A stretch of DNA of 64,000 nt from Eledone cirrhosa (lineage: Eukaryota), in contig OZ024743.1 of NCBI GenBank assembly GCA_964016885.1, positions 180,358,001-180,422,000 of the forward strand. Direction: 5' to 3'. Shown here in pieces: positions 1 through 15,000 of this stretch. Within the stretch, counting starts at the first letter, position 1. Each line of letters begins with the position of its first letter. Below the pieces are notes generated by a model. That model did not search any database. It worked only from the letters and a program-made list of their open reading frames with translations, and was not told the DNA's origin. Made by a program: the position numbers and the translations under genes.

Positions 1-3000
1 TATCTATACAGCTAGTTCTGTCTATACAGCTAGTTCTGTCTATACAGCTAGTTCTATCTATACAGCTAGTTCTGTCTATACAGCTAGTTCTGTCTATACA
101 GCTAGTTCTGTCTATACGACTAGTTCTGTCTATACAGCTAGTTCTGTCTATACAGTTAGTTCTGTCTGTACAGCTAGTTCTGTCTATACAGCTAGTTCTG
201 TCTATACAGCTAGTTCTGTCTATACGACTAGTTCTGTCTATACAGCTAGTTCTGTCTATACAGCTAGTTCTGTCTATACAGCTAGTTCTGTCTCTACAGC
301 TAGTTCTGTCTATACGACTAGTTCTGTCTATACAGCTAGTTCTGTCTATACAGCTAGTTCTGTCTATACAGTTAGTTCTGTCTGTATGGCTAGTTCTGTC
401 TATACAGCTAGTTCTGTCTATACAGCTAGTTCTGTCTATACAGTTAGTTCTGTCTGTATGGCTAGTTCTGTCTATACAGCTAGTTCTGTCTATACAGCTA
501 GTTCTGTCTATACAGCTAGTTCTGTCTATACAGCTAGTTCTGTCTATACAGCTAGTTCTGTCTATACAGCTAGTTCTGTCTATACGTCTAGTTCTGTCTA
601 TACAGCTAGTTCTGTCTATACAGCTAGTTCTGTCTATACAGCTAGTTCTGTCTATACGTCTAGTTCTGTCTATACGTCTAGTTCTGTCTATACAGCTAGT
701 TCTGTCTATACAGCTAGTTCTGTCTATACAGCTAGTTCTGTCTATACAGCTAGTTCTGTCTATACAGCTAGTTCTGTCTATACAGCTAGTTCTGTCTGTA
801 TGGCTAGTTCTGTCTATACAGCTAGTTCTGTCTATACAGCTAGTTCTGTCTATACAGCTAGTTCTGTCTATACGACTATTTCTGTCTATACAGCTAGTTC
901 TGTCTATACAGCTAGTTCTGTCTATACAGCTAGTTCTGTCTATACAGCTAGTTCTGTCTATACAGCTAGTTCTGTCTATACAGCTAGTTCTGTCTATACA
1001 GCTAGTTCTGTCTATACAGCTAGTTATGTCTATACAGCTAGTTCTGTCTATACAGCTAGTTCTGTCTATACAGCTAGTTCTGTCTATACAGCTAGTTCTG
1101 TCTATACAGCTAGTTCTGTCTATACAGCTAGTTCTGTCTATACAGCTAGTTCTGTCTATACAGCTAGTTCTGTCTATACAGCTAGTTCTATCTATACAGC
1201 TAGTTCTGTCTATACAGCTAGTTCTGTCTATACAGCTAGTTCTGTCTATACAGCTAGTTCTGTCTATACAGCTAGTTCTGTCTATACAGCTAGTTCTGTC
1301 TATACAGCTAGTTATGTCTATACAGCTAGTTCTATCTATACGACTAGTTCTGTCTATACAGCTAGTTCTGTCTATACAGCTAGTTCTGTCTATACAGCTA
1401 GTTCTGTCTATACAGCTAGTTCTGTCTATACAGCTAGTTCTGTCTATACAGCTAGTTCTGTCTATACGTCTAGTTCTGTCTATACGTCTAGTTCTGTCTA
1501 TACAGCTAGTTCTGTCTATACAGCTAGTTCTGTCTATACAGCTAGTTCTGTCTGTATGGCTAGTTCTGTCTATACAGCTAGTTCTGTCTATACAGCTAGT
1601 TCTCTCTATACAGTTAGTTCTGTCTATACAGCTAGTTCTGTCTATACAGCTAGTTCTGTCTATACGTCTAGTTCTGTCTATACAGCTAGTTCTGTCTATA
1701 CAGCTAGTTCTGTCTATACAGCTAGTTCTGTCTATACGTCTAGTTCTGTCTATACGTCTAGTTCTGTCTATACAGCTAGTTCTGTCTATACAGCTAGTTC
1801 TGTCTATACAGCTAGTTCTGTCTGTATGGCTAGTTCTGTCTATACAGCTAGTTCTGTCTATACAGCTAGTTCTGTCTATACAGCTAGTTCTGTCTATACA
1901 GCTAGTTCTGTCTATACAGCTAGTTCTGTCTATACAGCTAGTTCTGTCTATACAGCTAGTTCTGTCTATACGTCTAGTTCTGTCTATACAGCTAGTTCTG
2001 TCTATACAGCTAGTTCTGTCTCTACAGCTAGTTCTGTCTATACAGCTAGTTCTGTCTATACAGCTAGTTCTGTCTATACGTCTAGTTCTGTCTATACAGC
2101 TAGTTCTGTCTATACAGCTAGTTCTGTCTATACAGCTAGTTCTGTCTATACAGCTAGTTCTATCTATACAGCTAGTTCTGTCTATACAGCTAGTTCTATC
2201 TATACAGCTAGTTCTGTCTATACAGCTAGTTCTGTCTATACAGCTAGTTCTGTCTATACAGCTAGTTCTGTCTATACAGCTAGTTCTGTCTATACAGCTA
2301 GTTCTGTCTGTACGTCTAGTGCTGTCTATTCAGCTAGTTCTGTCTATACAGCTAGTTCTGTCTATACAGCTAGTTCTGTCTATACAGCTAGTTCTGTCTA
2401 TACAGCTAGTTCTGTCTATACAGCTAGTTCTATCTATACAGCTAGTTCTGTCTATACGACTAGTTCTGTCTATACAGCTAGTTCTGTCTATACAGTTAGT
2501 TCTGTCTATACAGCTAGTTCTATCTATACAGCTAGTTCTGTCTATACAGCTAGTTCTGTCTATACAGCTAGTTCTGTCTATACAGCTAGTTCTGTCTATA
2601 CAGCTAGTTCTGTCTATACAGCTAGTTCTGTCTATACAGCTAGTTCTATCTAGACAGCTAGTTCTGTCTATACGACTAGTTCTGTCTATACAGCTAGTTC
2701 TGTCTATACAGCTAGTTCTGTCTATACAGCTAGTTCTATCTATACAGCTAGTTCTGTCTATACGTCTAGTTCTGTCTATACAGCTAGTTCTGTCTATACA
2801 GCTAGTTCTGTCTATACAGCTAGTTCTGTCTATACAGTTAGTTCTGTCTATACAGCTAGTTCTGTCTATACAGTTAGTTCTGTCTATACAGCTAGTTCTA
2901 TCTATACAGCTAGTTCTGTCTATACAGCTAGTTCTGTCTATACAGCTAGTTCTGTCTATACAGCTAGTTCTGTCTATACAGCTAGTTCTGTCTATACAGC

Positions 3001-6000
3001 TAGTTCTATCTAGACAGCTAGTTCTGTCTATACGACTAGTTCTGTCTATACAGCTAGTTCTGTCTATACAGCTAGTTCTGTCTATACAGCTAGTTCTATC
3101 TATACAGCTAGTTCTGTCTATACGTCTAGTTCTGTCTATACAGCTAGTTCTGTCTATACAGCTAGTTCTGTCTATACAGCTAGTTCTGTCTATACAGTTA
3201 GTTCTGTCTATACAGTTAGTTCTGTCTATACAGCTAGTTCTGTCTATACAGTTAGTTCTGTCTATACGACTAGTTCTGTCTCTACAGCTAGTTCTGTCTA
3301 TACAGCTAGTTCTGTCTATACAGCTAGTTCTATCTATACAGCTAGTTCTATCTATACAGCTAGTTCTGTCTATACGTCTAGTTCTGTCTATACAGCTAGT
3401 TCTGTCTATACAGCTAGTTCTGTCTATACAGCTAGTTCTGTCTATACAGCTAGTTCTGTCTATACAGCTAGTTCTGTCTGTACGTCTAGTTCTGTCTATA
3501 CAGCTAGTTCTGTCTATACAGCTAGTTCTGTCTATACAGCTAGTTCTGTCTATACAGCTAGTTCTGTCTATACAGCTAGTTCTGTCTATACAGCTAGTTC
3601 TGTCTATACAGCTAGTTCTATCTATACAGCTAGTTCTGTCTATACGACTAGTTCTGTCTATACAGCTAGTTCTGTCTATACAGCTAGTTCTGTCTATACA
3701 GCTAGTTCTGTCTATACAGCTAGTTCTGTCTATACAGTTAGTTCTGTCTATACAGCTAGTTCTGTCTATACAGCTAGTTCTGTCTGTACGTCTAGTTCTG
3801 TCTATACAGCTAGTTCTGTCTATACAGCTAGTTCTGTCTATACAGTTAGTTCTATCTATACAGCTAGTTCTGTCTATACGACTAGTTCTGTCTATACAGC
3901 TAGTTCTGTCTATACAGCTAGTTCTGTCTATACAGCTAGTTCTGTCTATACAGCTAGTTCTGTCTATACAGCTAGTTCTGTCTATACAGCTAGTTCTGTC
4001 TATACAGTTAGTTCTATCTATACAGCTAGTTCTGTCTATACGACTAGTTCTGTCTATACAGCTAGTTCTGTCTATACAGCTAGTTCTGTCTATACAGCTA
4101 GTTCTGTCTATACAGCTAGTTCTGTCTATACAGCTAGTTCTGTCTATACAGCTAGTTCTGTCTATACAGCTAGTTCTGTCTATACAGCTAGTTCTGTCTA
4201 TACAGCTAGTTCTGTCTATACAGCTAGTTCTGTCTATACAGTTAGTTCTATCTATACAGCTAGTTCTGTCTATACGACTAGTTCTGTCTATACAGCTAGT
4301 TCTGTCTATACAGCTAGTTCTGTCTGTACGTCTAGTTCTGTCTATACAGATAGTTCTGTCTATACAGCTAGTTCTGTCTATACAGCTAGTTCTGTCTATA
4401 CGACTAGTTCTGTCTATACAGCTAGTTCTGTCTATACAGCTAGTTCTGTCTATACAGCTAGTTCTGTCTATACAGCTAGTTCTATCTATACAGCTAGTTC
4501 TATCTATACAGCTAGTTCTGTCTATACAGCTAGTTCTGTCTATACGACTAGTTCTGTCTATACAGCTAGTTCTGTCTATACAGCTAGTTCTGTCTATACA
4601 GCTAGTTCTGTCTATACAGCTAGTTCTGTCTATACAGCTAGTTCTGTCTATACAGCTAGTTCTGTCTGTACGTCTAGTTCTGTCTATACGACTAGTTCTG
4701 TCTATACAGCTAGTTCTGTCTATACAGCTAGTTCTGTCTATACAGCTAGTTCTGTCTATACAGCTAGTTCTGTCTATACAGCTAGTTCTGTCTATACAGC
4801 TAGTTCTGTCTATACAGCTAGTTCTGTCTATACAGCTAGTTCTGTCTATACAGCTAGTTCTGTCTGTATGGCTAGTTCTGTCTATACAGCTAGTTCTGTC
4901 TATACAGCTAGTTCTGTCTGTACGTCTAGTTCTGTCTATACAGCTAGTTCTGTCTATACAGCTAGTTCTGTCTATACAGCTAGTTCTGTCTATACAGCTA
5001 GTTCTGTCTATACAGCTAGTTCTGTCTATACAGCTAGTTCTGTCTATACAGCTAGTTCTGTCTATACGACTAGTTCTGTCTATACAGCTAGTGCTGTCTA
5101 TACAGCTAGTTCTGTCTATACAGCTAGTTCTGTCTATACAGCTAGTTCTGTCTATACAGCTAGTTCTGTCTATACAGCTAGTTCTGTCTATACAGCTAGT
5201 TCTGTCTATACGACTAGTTCTGTCTATACAGCTAGTGCTGTCTATACGACTAGTTCTGTCTATACAGCTAGTTCTGTCTATACAGCTAGTTCTCTCTATA
5301 CAACTAGTTCTGTCTATACAGCTAGTTCTGTCTATACAGCTAGTTCTGTCTATACGACTAGTTCTGTCTATACGACTAGTTCTGTCTATACAGCTAGTTC
5401 TGTCTATACAGCTAGTTCTGTCTATACAGCTAGTTCTGTCTATACAGCTAGTTCTGTCTATACAGCTAGTTCTGTCTATACAGCTAGTTCTGTCTATACA
5501 GCTAGTTCTGTCTATACAGCTAGTTCTGTCTATACAGCTAGTTCTGTCTGTATGGCTAGTTCTGTCTATACAGCTAGTTCTGTCTATACAGCTAGTTCTG
5601 TCTGTACGTCTAGTTCTGTCTATACAGCTAGTTCTGTCTATACAGCTAGTTCTGTCTATACAGCTAGTTCTATCTATACAGCTAGTTCTGTCTATACAGC
5701 TAGTTCTATCTATACAGCTAGTTCTGTCTATACGACTAGTTCTGTCTATACAGCTAGTGCTGTCTATACGACTAGTTCTGTCTATACAGCTAGTTCTGTC
5801 TATACAGCTAGTTCTGTCTATACAGCTAGTTCTGTCTATACGACTAGTTCTGTCTATACGACTAGTTCTGTCTATACAGCTAGTTCTGTCTATACAGCTA
5901 GTTCTGTCTATACAGCTAGTTCTGTCTATACAGCTAGTTCTGTCTATACAGCTAGTTCTATCTATACAGCTAGTTCTCTCTATACAGCTAGTTCTATCTA

Positions 6001-9000
6001 TACAGCTAGTTCTGTCTATACAGCTAGTTCTGTCTATACAGCTAGTTCTGTCTATACAGCTAGTTCTGTCTATACAGCTAGTTCTGTCTATACAGCTAGT
6101 TCTGTCTATACAGCTAGTTCTGTCTATACAGCTAGTTCTGTCTATACAGCTAGTTCTGTCTATACAGCTAGTTCTGTCTATACAGCTAGTTCTGTCTATA
6201 CAGTTAGTTCTGTCTATACGACTAGTTCTGTCTATACAGCTAGTTCTGTCTATACAGCTAGTTCTGTCTATACAGCTAGTTCTGTCTATACGACTAGTTC
6301 TGTCTATACAGCTAGTTCTGTCTATACAGCTAGTTCTGTCTCTACAGCTAGTTCTGTCTCTACAGCTAGTTCTGTCTATACAGCTAGTTCTGTCTATACA
6401 GCTAGTTCTGTCTATACAGTTAGTTCTGTCTATACAGCTAGTTCTGTCTATACAGCTAGTTCTGTCTATACAGCTAGTGCTGTCTATACGTCTAGTTCTG
6501 TCTATACAGCTAGTTCTGTCTATACAGCTAGTTCTGTCTATACAGCTAGTTCTGTCTATACGACTAGTTCTGTCTATACGACTAGTTCTGTCTATACAGT
6601 TAGTTCTGTCTATACAGCTAGTTCTATCTATACAGCTAGTTCTATCTATACAGCTAGTTCTGTCTATACAGCTAGTTCTGTCTATACAGCTAGTTATGTC
6701 TATACAGCTAGTTCTGTCTATACAGCTAGTTATGTCTATACGACTAGTTCTGTCTATACGACTAGTTCTGTCTATACAGCTAGTTCTGTCTATACAGCTA
6801 GTTCTATCTATACAGCTAGTTCTGTCTATACAGCTAGTTCTGTCTATACAGCTAGTTCTGTCTATACAGCTAGTTCTGTCTATACAGCTAGTTCTGTCTG
6901 TACGTCTAGTTCTGTCTATACGACTAGTTCTGTCTATACAGCTAGTTCTGTCTATACAGCTAGTTCTGTCTATACAGCTAGTTCTGTCTATACAGCTAGT
7001 TCTGTCTATACAGCTAGTTCTGTCTATACAGCTAGTTCTGTCTATACAGCTAGTTCTGTCTATACAGCTAGTTCTGTCTATACAGCTAGTTCTGTCTGTA
7101 TGGCTAGTTCTGTCTATACAGCTAGTTCTGTCTATACAGCTAGTTCTGTCTGTACGTCTAGTTCTGTCTATACAGCTAGTTCTGTCTATACAGCTAGTTC
7201 TGTCTATACAGCTAGTTCTGTCTATACAGCTAGTTCTGTCTATACAGCTAGTTCTGTCTATACAGCTAGTTCTGTCTATACAGCTAGTTCTGTCTATACG
7301 ACTAGTTCTGTCTATACAGCTAGTGCTGTCTATACAGCTAGTTCTGTCTATACAGCTAGTTCTGTCTATACAGCTAGTTCTGTCTATACAGCTAGTTCTG
7401 TCTATACAGCTAGTTCTGTCTATACAGCTAGTTCTGTCTATACGACTAGTTCTGTCTATACAGCTAGTGCTGTCTATACGACTAGTTCTGTCTATACAGC
7501 TAGTTCTGTCTATACAGCTAGTTCTCTCTATACAACTAGTTCTGTCTATACAGCTAGTTCTGTCTATACAGCTAGTTCTGTCTATACGACTAGTTCTGTC
7601 TATACGACTAGTTCTGTCTATACAGCTAGTTCTGTCTATACAGCTAGTTCTGTCTATACAGCTAGTTCTGTCTATACAGCTAGTTCTGTCTATACAGCTA
7701 GTTCTGTCTATACAGCTAGTTCTGTCTATACAGCTAGTTCTGTCTATACAGCTAGTTCTGTCTATACAGCTAGTTCTGTCTGTATGGCTAGTTCTGTCTA
7801 TACAGCTAGTTCTGTCTATACAGCTAGTTCTGTCTGTACGTCTAGTTCTGTCTATACAGCTAGTTCTGTCTATACAGCTAGTTCTGTCTATACAGCTAGT
7901 TCTATCTATACAGCTAGTTCTGTCTATACAGCTAGTTCTATCTATACAGCTAGTTCTGTCTATACGACTAGTTCTGTCTATACAGCTAGTGCTGTCTATA
8001 CGACTAGTTCTGTCTATACAGCTAGTTCTGTCTATACAGCTAGTTCTGTCTATACAGCTAGTTCTGTCTATACGACTAGTTCTGTCTATACGACTAGTTC
8101 TGTCTATACAGCTAGTTCTGTCTATACAGCTAGTTCTGTCTATACAGCTAGTTCTGTCTATACAGCTAGTTCTGTCTATACAGCTAGTTCTATCTATACA
8201 GCTAGTTCTCTCTATACAGCTAGTTCTATCTATACAGCTAGTTCTGTCTATACAGCTAGTTCTGTCTATACAGCTAGTTCTGTCTATACAGCTAGTTCTG
8301 TCTATACAGCTAGTTCTGTCTATACAGCTAGTTCTGTCTTTACAGCTAGTTCTGTCTATACAGCTAGTTCTGTCTATACAGCTAGTTCTGTCTATACAGC
8401 TAGTTCTGTCTATACAGTTAGTTCTGTCTATACGACTAGTTCTGTCTATACAGCTAGTTCTGTCTATACAGCTAGTTCTGTCTATACAGCTAGTTCTGTC
8501 TATACGAATAGTTCTGTCTATACAGCTAGTTCTGTCTATACAGCTAGTTCTGTCTCTACAGCTAGTTCTGTCTCTACAGCTAGTTCTGTCTATACAGCTA
8601 GTTCTGTCTATACAGCTAGTTCTGTCTATACAGTTAGTTCTGTCTATACAGCTAGTTCTGTCTATACAGCTAGTTCTGTCTATACAGCTAGTGCTGTCTA
8701 TACGTCTAGTTCTGTCTATACAGCTAGTTCTGTCTATACAGCTAGTTCTGTCTATACAGCTAGTTCTGTCTATACGACTAGTTCTGTCTATACGACTAGT
8801 TCTGTCTATACAGTTAGTTCTGTCTATACAGCTAGTTCTATCTATACAGCTAGTTCTATCTATACAGCTAGTTCTGTCTATACAGCTAGTTCTGTCTATA
8901 CAGCTAGTTATGTCTATACAGCTAGTTCTGTCTATACAGCTAGTTATGTCTATACGACTAGTTCTGTCTATACGACTAGTTCTGTCTATACAGCTAGTTC

Positions 9001-12000
9001 TGTCTATACAGCTAGTTCTATCTATACAGCTAGTTCTGTCTATACAGCTAGTTCTGTCTATACAGCTAGTTCTGTCTATACAGCTAGTTCTGTCTATACA
9101 GCTAGTTCTGTCTATACAGCTAGTTCTGTCTATACAGCTAGTTCTGTCTGTACGTCTAGTTCTGTCTATACAGATAGTTCTGTCTATACAGCTAGTTCTA
9201 TCTATACAGCTAGTTCTATCTATACAGCTAGTTCTGTCTATACAGCTAGTTCTGTCTATACAGCTAGTTATGTCTATACAGCTAGTTCTGTCTATACAGC
9301 TAGTTCTGTCTATACAGCTAGTGCTGTCTATACGTCTAGTTCTGTCTATACAGCTAGTTCTGTCTATACAGCTAGTTCTGTCTATACGTCTAGTTCTGTC
9401 TATACAGCTAGTTCTGTCTATACAGCTAGTGCTGTCTATACGACTAGTTCTGTCTATACAGCTAGTTCTGTCTATACAGCTAGTTCTGTCTATACAGCTA
9501 GTTCTGTCTATACGTCTAGTTCTGTCTATACAGCTAGTTCTGTCTATACAGCTAGTTCTATCTATACAGCTAGTTCTGTCTATACAGCTAGTTCTGTCTA
9601 TACAGCTAGTTCTGTCTATACAGCTAGTTCTGTCTATACAGCTAGTTCTGTCTATACGTCTAGTTCTCTCTATAGAGTTAGTTCTGTCTATACAGCTAGT
9701 TCTGTCTATACAGCTAGTTCTGTCTATACAGCTAGTTCTGTCTATACAGCTAGTTCTGTCTATACAGCTAGTTCTGTCTATACAGCTAGTTCTGTCTATA
9801 CGTCTAGTTCTGTCTATACAGCTAGTTCTATCTATACAGCTAGTTCTGTCTATACAGCTAGTTCTATCTATACAGCTAGTTCTATCTATACAGCTAGTTC
9901 TGTCTATACAGCTAGTTCTATCTATACAGCTAGTTCTGTCTATACAGCTAGTTCTGTCTATACAGCTAGTGCTGTCTATACGTCTAGTTCTGTCTATACA
10001 GCTAGTTCTGTCTATACGTCTAGTTCTGTCTATACAGCTAGTTCTGTCTATACAGCTAGTGCTGTCTATACGACTAGTTCTGTCTATACAGCTAGTTCTG
10101 TCTATACAGCTAGTTCTGTCTATACAGCTAGTTCTGTCTATACGTCTAGTTCTGTCTATACAGCTAGTTCTGTCTATACAGCTAGTTCTGTCTATACAGC
10201 TAGTTCTGTCTATACAGCTAGTTCTGTCTATACAGCTAGTTCTGTCTATACAGCTAGTTCTGTCTATACAGCTAGTTCTGTCTATACGACTAGTTCTGTC
10301 TATACAGCTAGTGCTGTCTATACAGCTAGTTCTGTCTATACAGCTAGTTCTGTCTATACAGCTAGTTCTGTCTATACAGCTAGTTCTGTCTATACAGCTA
10401 GTTCTGTCTATACAGCTAGTTCTGTCTATACGACTAGTTCTGTCTATACAGCTAGTGCTGTCTATACGACTAGTTCTGTCTATACAGCTAGTTCTGTCTA
10501 TACAGCTAGTTCTCTCTATACAACTAGTTCTGTCTATACAGCTAGTTCTGTCTATACAGCTAGTTCTGTCTATACGACTAGTTCTGTCTATACGACTAGT
10601 TCTGTCTATACAGCTAGTTCTGTCTATACAGCTAGTTCTGTCTATACAGCTAGTTCTGTCTATACAGCTAGTTCTGTCTATACAGCTAGTTCTGTCTATA
10701 CAGCTAGTTCTGTCTATACAGCTAGTTCTGTCTATACAGCTAGTTCTGTCTATACAGCTAGTTCTGTCTGTATGGCTAGTTCTGTCTATACAGCTAGTTC
10801 TGTCTATACAGCTAGTTCTGTCTGTACGTCTAGTTCTGTCTATACAGCTAGTTCTGTCTATACAGCTAGTTCTGTCTATACAGCTAGTTCTATCTATACA
10901 GCTAGTTCTGTCTATACAGCTAGTTCTATCTATACAGCTAGTTCTGTCTATACGACTAGTTCTGTCTATACAGCTAGTGCTGTCTATACGACTAGTTCTG
11001 TCTATACAGCTAGTTCTGTCTATACAGCTAGTTCTGTCTATACAGCTAGTTCTGTCTATACGACTAGTTCTGTCTATACGACTAGTTCTGTCTATACAGC
11101 TAGTTCTGTCTATACAGCTAGTTCTGTCTATACAGCTAGTTCTGTCTATACAGCTAGTTCTGTCTATACAGCTAGTTCTATCTATACAGCTAGTTCTCTC
11201 TATACAGCTAGTTCTATCTATACAGCTAGTTCTGTCTATACAGCTAGTTCTGTCTATACAGCTAGTTCTGTCTATACAGCTAGTTCTGTCTATACAGCTA
11301 GTTCTGTCTATACAGCTAGTTCTGTCTATACAGCTAGTTCTGTCTATACAGCTAGTTCTGTCTATACAGCTAGTTCTGTCTATACAGCTAGTTCTGTCTA
11401 TACAGCTAGTTCTGTCTATACAGTTAGTTCTGTCTATACGACTAGTTCTGTCTATACAGCTAGTTCTGTCTATACAGCTAGTTCTGTCTATACAGCTAGT
11501 TCTGTCTATACGACTAGTTCTGTCTATACAGCTAGTTCTGTCTATACAGCTAGTTCTGTCTCTACAGCTAGTTCTGTCTCTACAGCTAGTTCTGTCTATA
11601 CAGCTAGTTCTGTCTATACAGCTAGTTCTGTCTATACAGTTAGTTCTGTCTATACAGCTAGTTCTGTCTATACAGCTAGTTCTGTCTATACAGCTAGTGC
11701 TGTCTATACGTCTAGTTCTGTCTATACAGCTAGTTCTGTCTATACAGCTAGTTCTGTCTATACAGCTAGTTCTGTCTATACGACTAGTTCTGTCTATACG
11801 ACTAGTTCTGTCTATACAGTTAGTTCTGTCTATACAGCTAGTTCTATCTATACAGCTAGTTCTATCTATACAGCTAGTTCTGTCTATACAGCTAGTTCTG
11901 TCTATACAGCTAGTTATGTCTATACAGCTAGTTCTGTCTATACAGCTAGTTATGTCTATACGACTAGTTCTGTCTATACGACTAGTTCTGTCTATACAGC

Positions 12001-15000
12001 TAGTTCTGTCTATACAGCTAGTTCTATCTATACAGCTAGTTCTGTCTATACAGCTAGTTCTGTCTATACAGCTAGTTCTGTCTATACAGCTAGTTCTGTC
12101 TATACAGCTAGTTCTGTCTGTACGTCTAGTTCTGTCTATACGACTAGTTCTGTCTATACAGCTAGTTCTGTCTATACAGCTAGTTCTGTCTATACAGCTA
12201 GTTCTGTCTATACAGCTAGTTCTGTCTATACAGCTAGTTCTGTCTATACAGCTAGTTCTGTCTATACAGCTAGTTCTGTCTATACAGCTAGTTCTGTCTA
12301 TACAGCTAGTTCTGTCTGTATGGCTAGTTCTGTCTATACAGCTAGTTCTGTCTATACAGCTAGTTCTGTCTGTACGTCTAGTTCTGTCTATACAGCTAGT
12401 TCTGTCTATACAGCTAGTTCTGTCTATACAGCTAGTTCTGTCTATACAGCTAGTTCTGTCTATACAGCTAGTTCTGTCTATACAGCTAGTTCTGTCTATA
12501 CAGCTAGTTCTGTCTATACGACTAGTTCTGTCTATACAGCTAGTGCTGTCTATACAGCTAGTTCTGTCTATACAGCTAGTTCTGTCTATACAGCTAGTTC
12601 TGTCTATACAGCTAGTTCTGTCTATACAGCTAGTTCTGTCTATACAGCTAGTTCTGTCTATACGACTAGTTCTGTCTATACAGCTAGTGCTGTCTATACG
12701 ACTAGTTCTGTCTATACAGCTAGTTCTGTCTATACAGCTAGTTCTCTCTATACAACTAGTTCTGTCTATACAGCTAGTTCTGTCTATACAGCTAGTTCTG
12801 TCTATACGACTAGTTCTGTCTATACGACTAGTTCTGTCTATACAGCTAGTTCTGTCTATACAGCTAGTTCTGTCTATACAGCTAGTTCTGTCTATACAGC
12901 TAGTTCTGTCTATACAGCTAGTTCTGTCTATACAGCTAGTTCTGTCTATACAGCTAGTTCTGTCTATACAGCTAGTTCTGTCTATACAGCTAGTTCTGTC
13001 TGTATGGCTAGTTCTGTCTATACAGCTAGTTCTGTCTATACAGCTAGTTCTGTCTGTACGTCTAGTTCTGTCTATACAGCTAGTTCTGTCTATACAGCTA
13101 GTTCTGTCTATACAGCTAGTTCTATCTATACAGCTAGTTCTGTCTATACAGCTAGTTCTATCTATACAGCTAGTTCTGTCTATACGACTAGTTCTGTCTA
13201 TACAGCTAGTGCTGTCTATACGACTAGTTCTGTCTATACAGCTAGTTCTGTCTATACAGCTAGTTCTGTCTATACAGCTAGTTCTGTCTATACGACTAGT
13301 TCTGTCTATACGACTAGTTCTGTCTATACAGCTAGTTCTGTCTATACAGCTAGTTCTGTCTATACAGCTAGTTCTGTCTATACAGCTAGTTCTGTCTATA
13401 CAGCTAGTTCTATCTATACAGCTAGTTCTCTCTATACAGCTAGTTCTATCTATACAGCTAGTTCTGTCTATACAGCTAGTTCTGTCTATACAGCTAGTTC
13501 TGTCTATACAGCTAGTTCTGTCTATACAGCTAGTTCTGTCTATACAGCTAGTTCTGTCTTTACAGCTAGTTCTGTCTATACAGCTAGTTCTGTCTATACA
13601 GCTAGTTCTGTCTATACAGCTAGTTCTGTCTATACAGTTAGTTCTGTCTATACGACTAGTTCTGTCTATACAGCTAGTTCTGTCTATACAGCTAGTTCTG
13701 TCTATACAGCTAGTTCTGTCTATACGAATAGTTCTGTCTATACAGCTAGTTCTGTCTATACAGCTAGTTCTGTCTCTACAGCTAGTTCTGTCTCTACAGC
13801 TAGTTCTGTCTATACAGCTAGTTCTGTCTATACAGCTAGTTCTGTCTATACAGTTAGTTCTGTCTATACAGCTAGTTCTGTCTATACAGCTAGTTCTGTC
13901 TATACAGCTAGTGCTGTCTATACGTCTAGTTCTGTCTATACAGCTAGTTCTGTCTATACAGCTAGTTCTGTCTATACAGCTAGTTCTGTCTATACGACTA
14001 GTTCTGTCTATACGACTAGTTCTGTCTATACAGTTAGTTCTGTCTATACAGCTAGTTCTATCTATACAGCTAGTTCTATCTATACAGCTAGTTCTGTCTA
14101 TACAGCTAGTTCTGTCTATACAGCTAGTTATGTCTATACAGCTAGTTCTGTCTATACAGCTAGTTATGTCTATACGACTAGTTCTGTCTATACGACTAGT
14201 TCTGTCTATACAGCTAGTTCTGTCTATACAGCTAGTTCTATCTATACAGCTAGTTCTGTCTATACAGCTAGTTCTGTCTATACAGCTAGTTCTGTCTATA
14301 CAGCTAGTTCTGTCTATACAGCTAGTTCTGTCTATACAGCTAGTTCTGTCTATACAGCTAGTTCTGTCTGTACGTCTAGTTCTGTCTATACAGATAGTTC
14401 TGTCTATACAGCTAGTTCTATCTATACAGCTAGTTCTATCTATACAGCTAGTTCTGTCTATACAGCTAGTTCTGTCTATACAGCTAGTTATGTCTATACA
14501 GCTAGTTCTGTCTATACAGCTAGTTCTGTCTATACAGCTAGTGCTGTCTATACGTCTAGTTCTGTCTATACAGCTAGTTCTGTCTATACAGCTAGTTCTG
14601 TCTATACGTCTAGTTCTGTCTATACAGCTAGTTCTGTCTATACAGCTAGTGCTGTCTATACGACTAGTTCTGTCTATACAGCTAGTTCTGTCTATACAGC
14701 TAGTTCTGTCTATACAGCTAGTTCTGTCTATACGTCTAGTTCTGTCTATACAGCTAGTTCTGTCTATACAGCTAGTTCTATCTATACAGCTAGTTCTGTC
14801 TATACAGCTAGTTCTGTCTATACAGCTAGTTCTGTCTATACAGCTAGTTCTGTCTATACAGCTAGTTCTGTCTATACGTCTAGTTCTCTCTATAGAGTTA
14901 GTTCTGTCTATACAGCTAGTTCTGTCTATACAGCTAGTTCTGTCTATACAGCTAGTTCTGTCTATACAGCTAGTTCTGTCTATACAGCTAGTTCTGTCTA

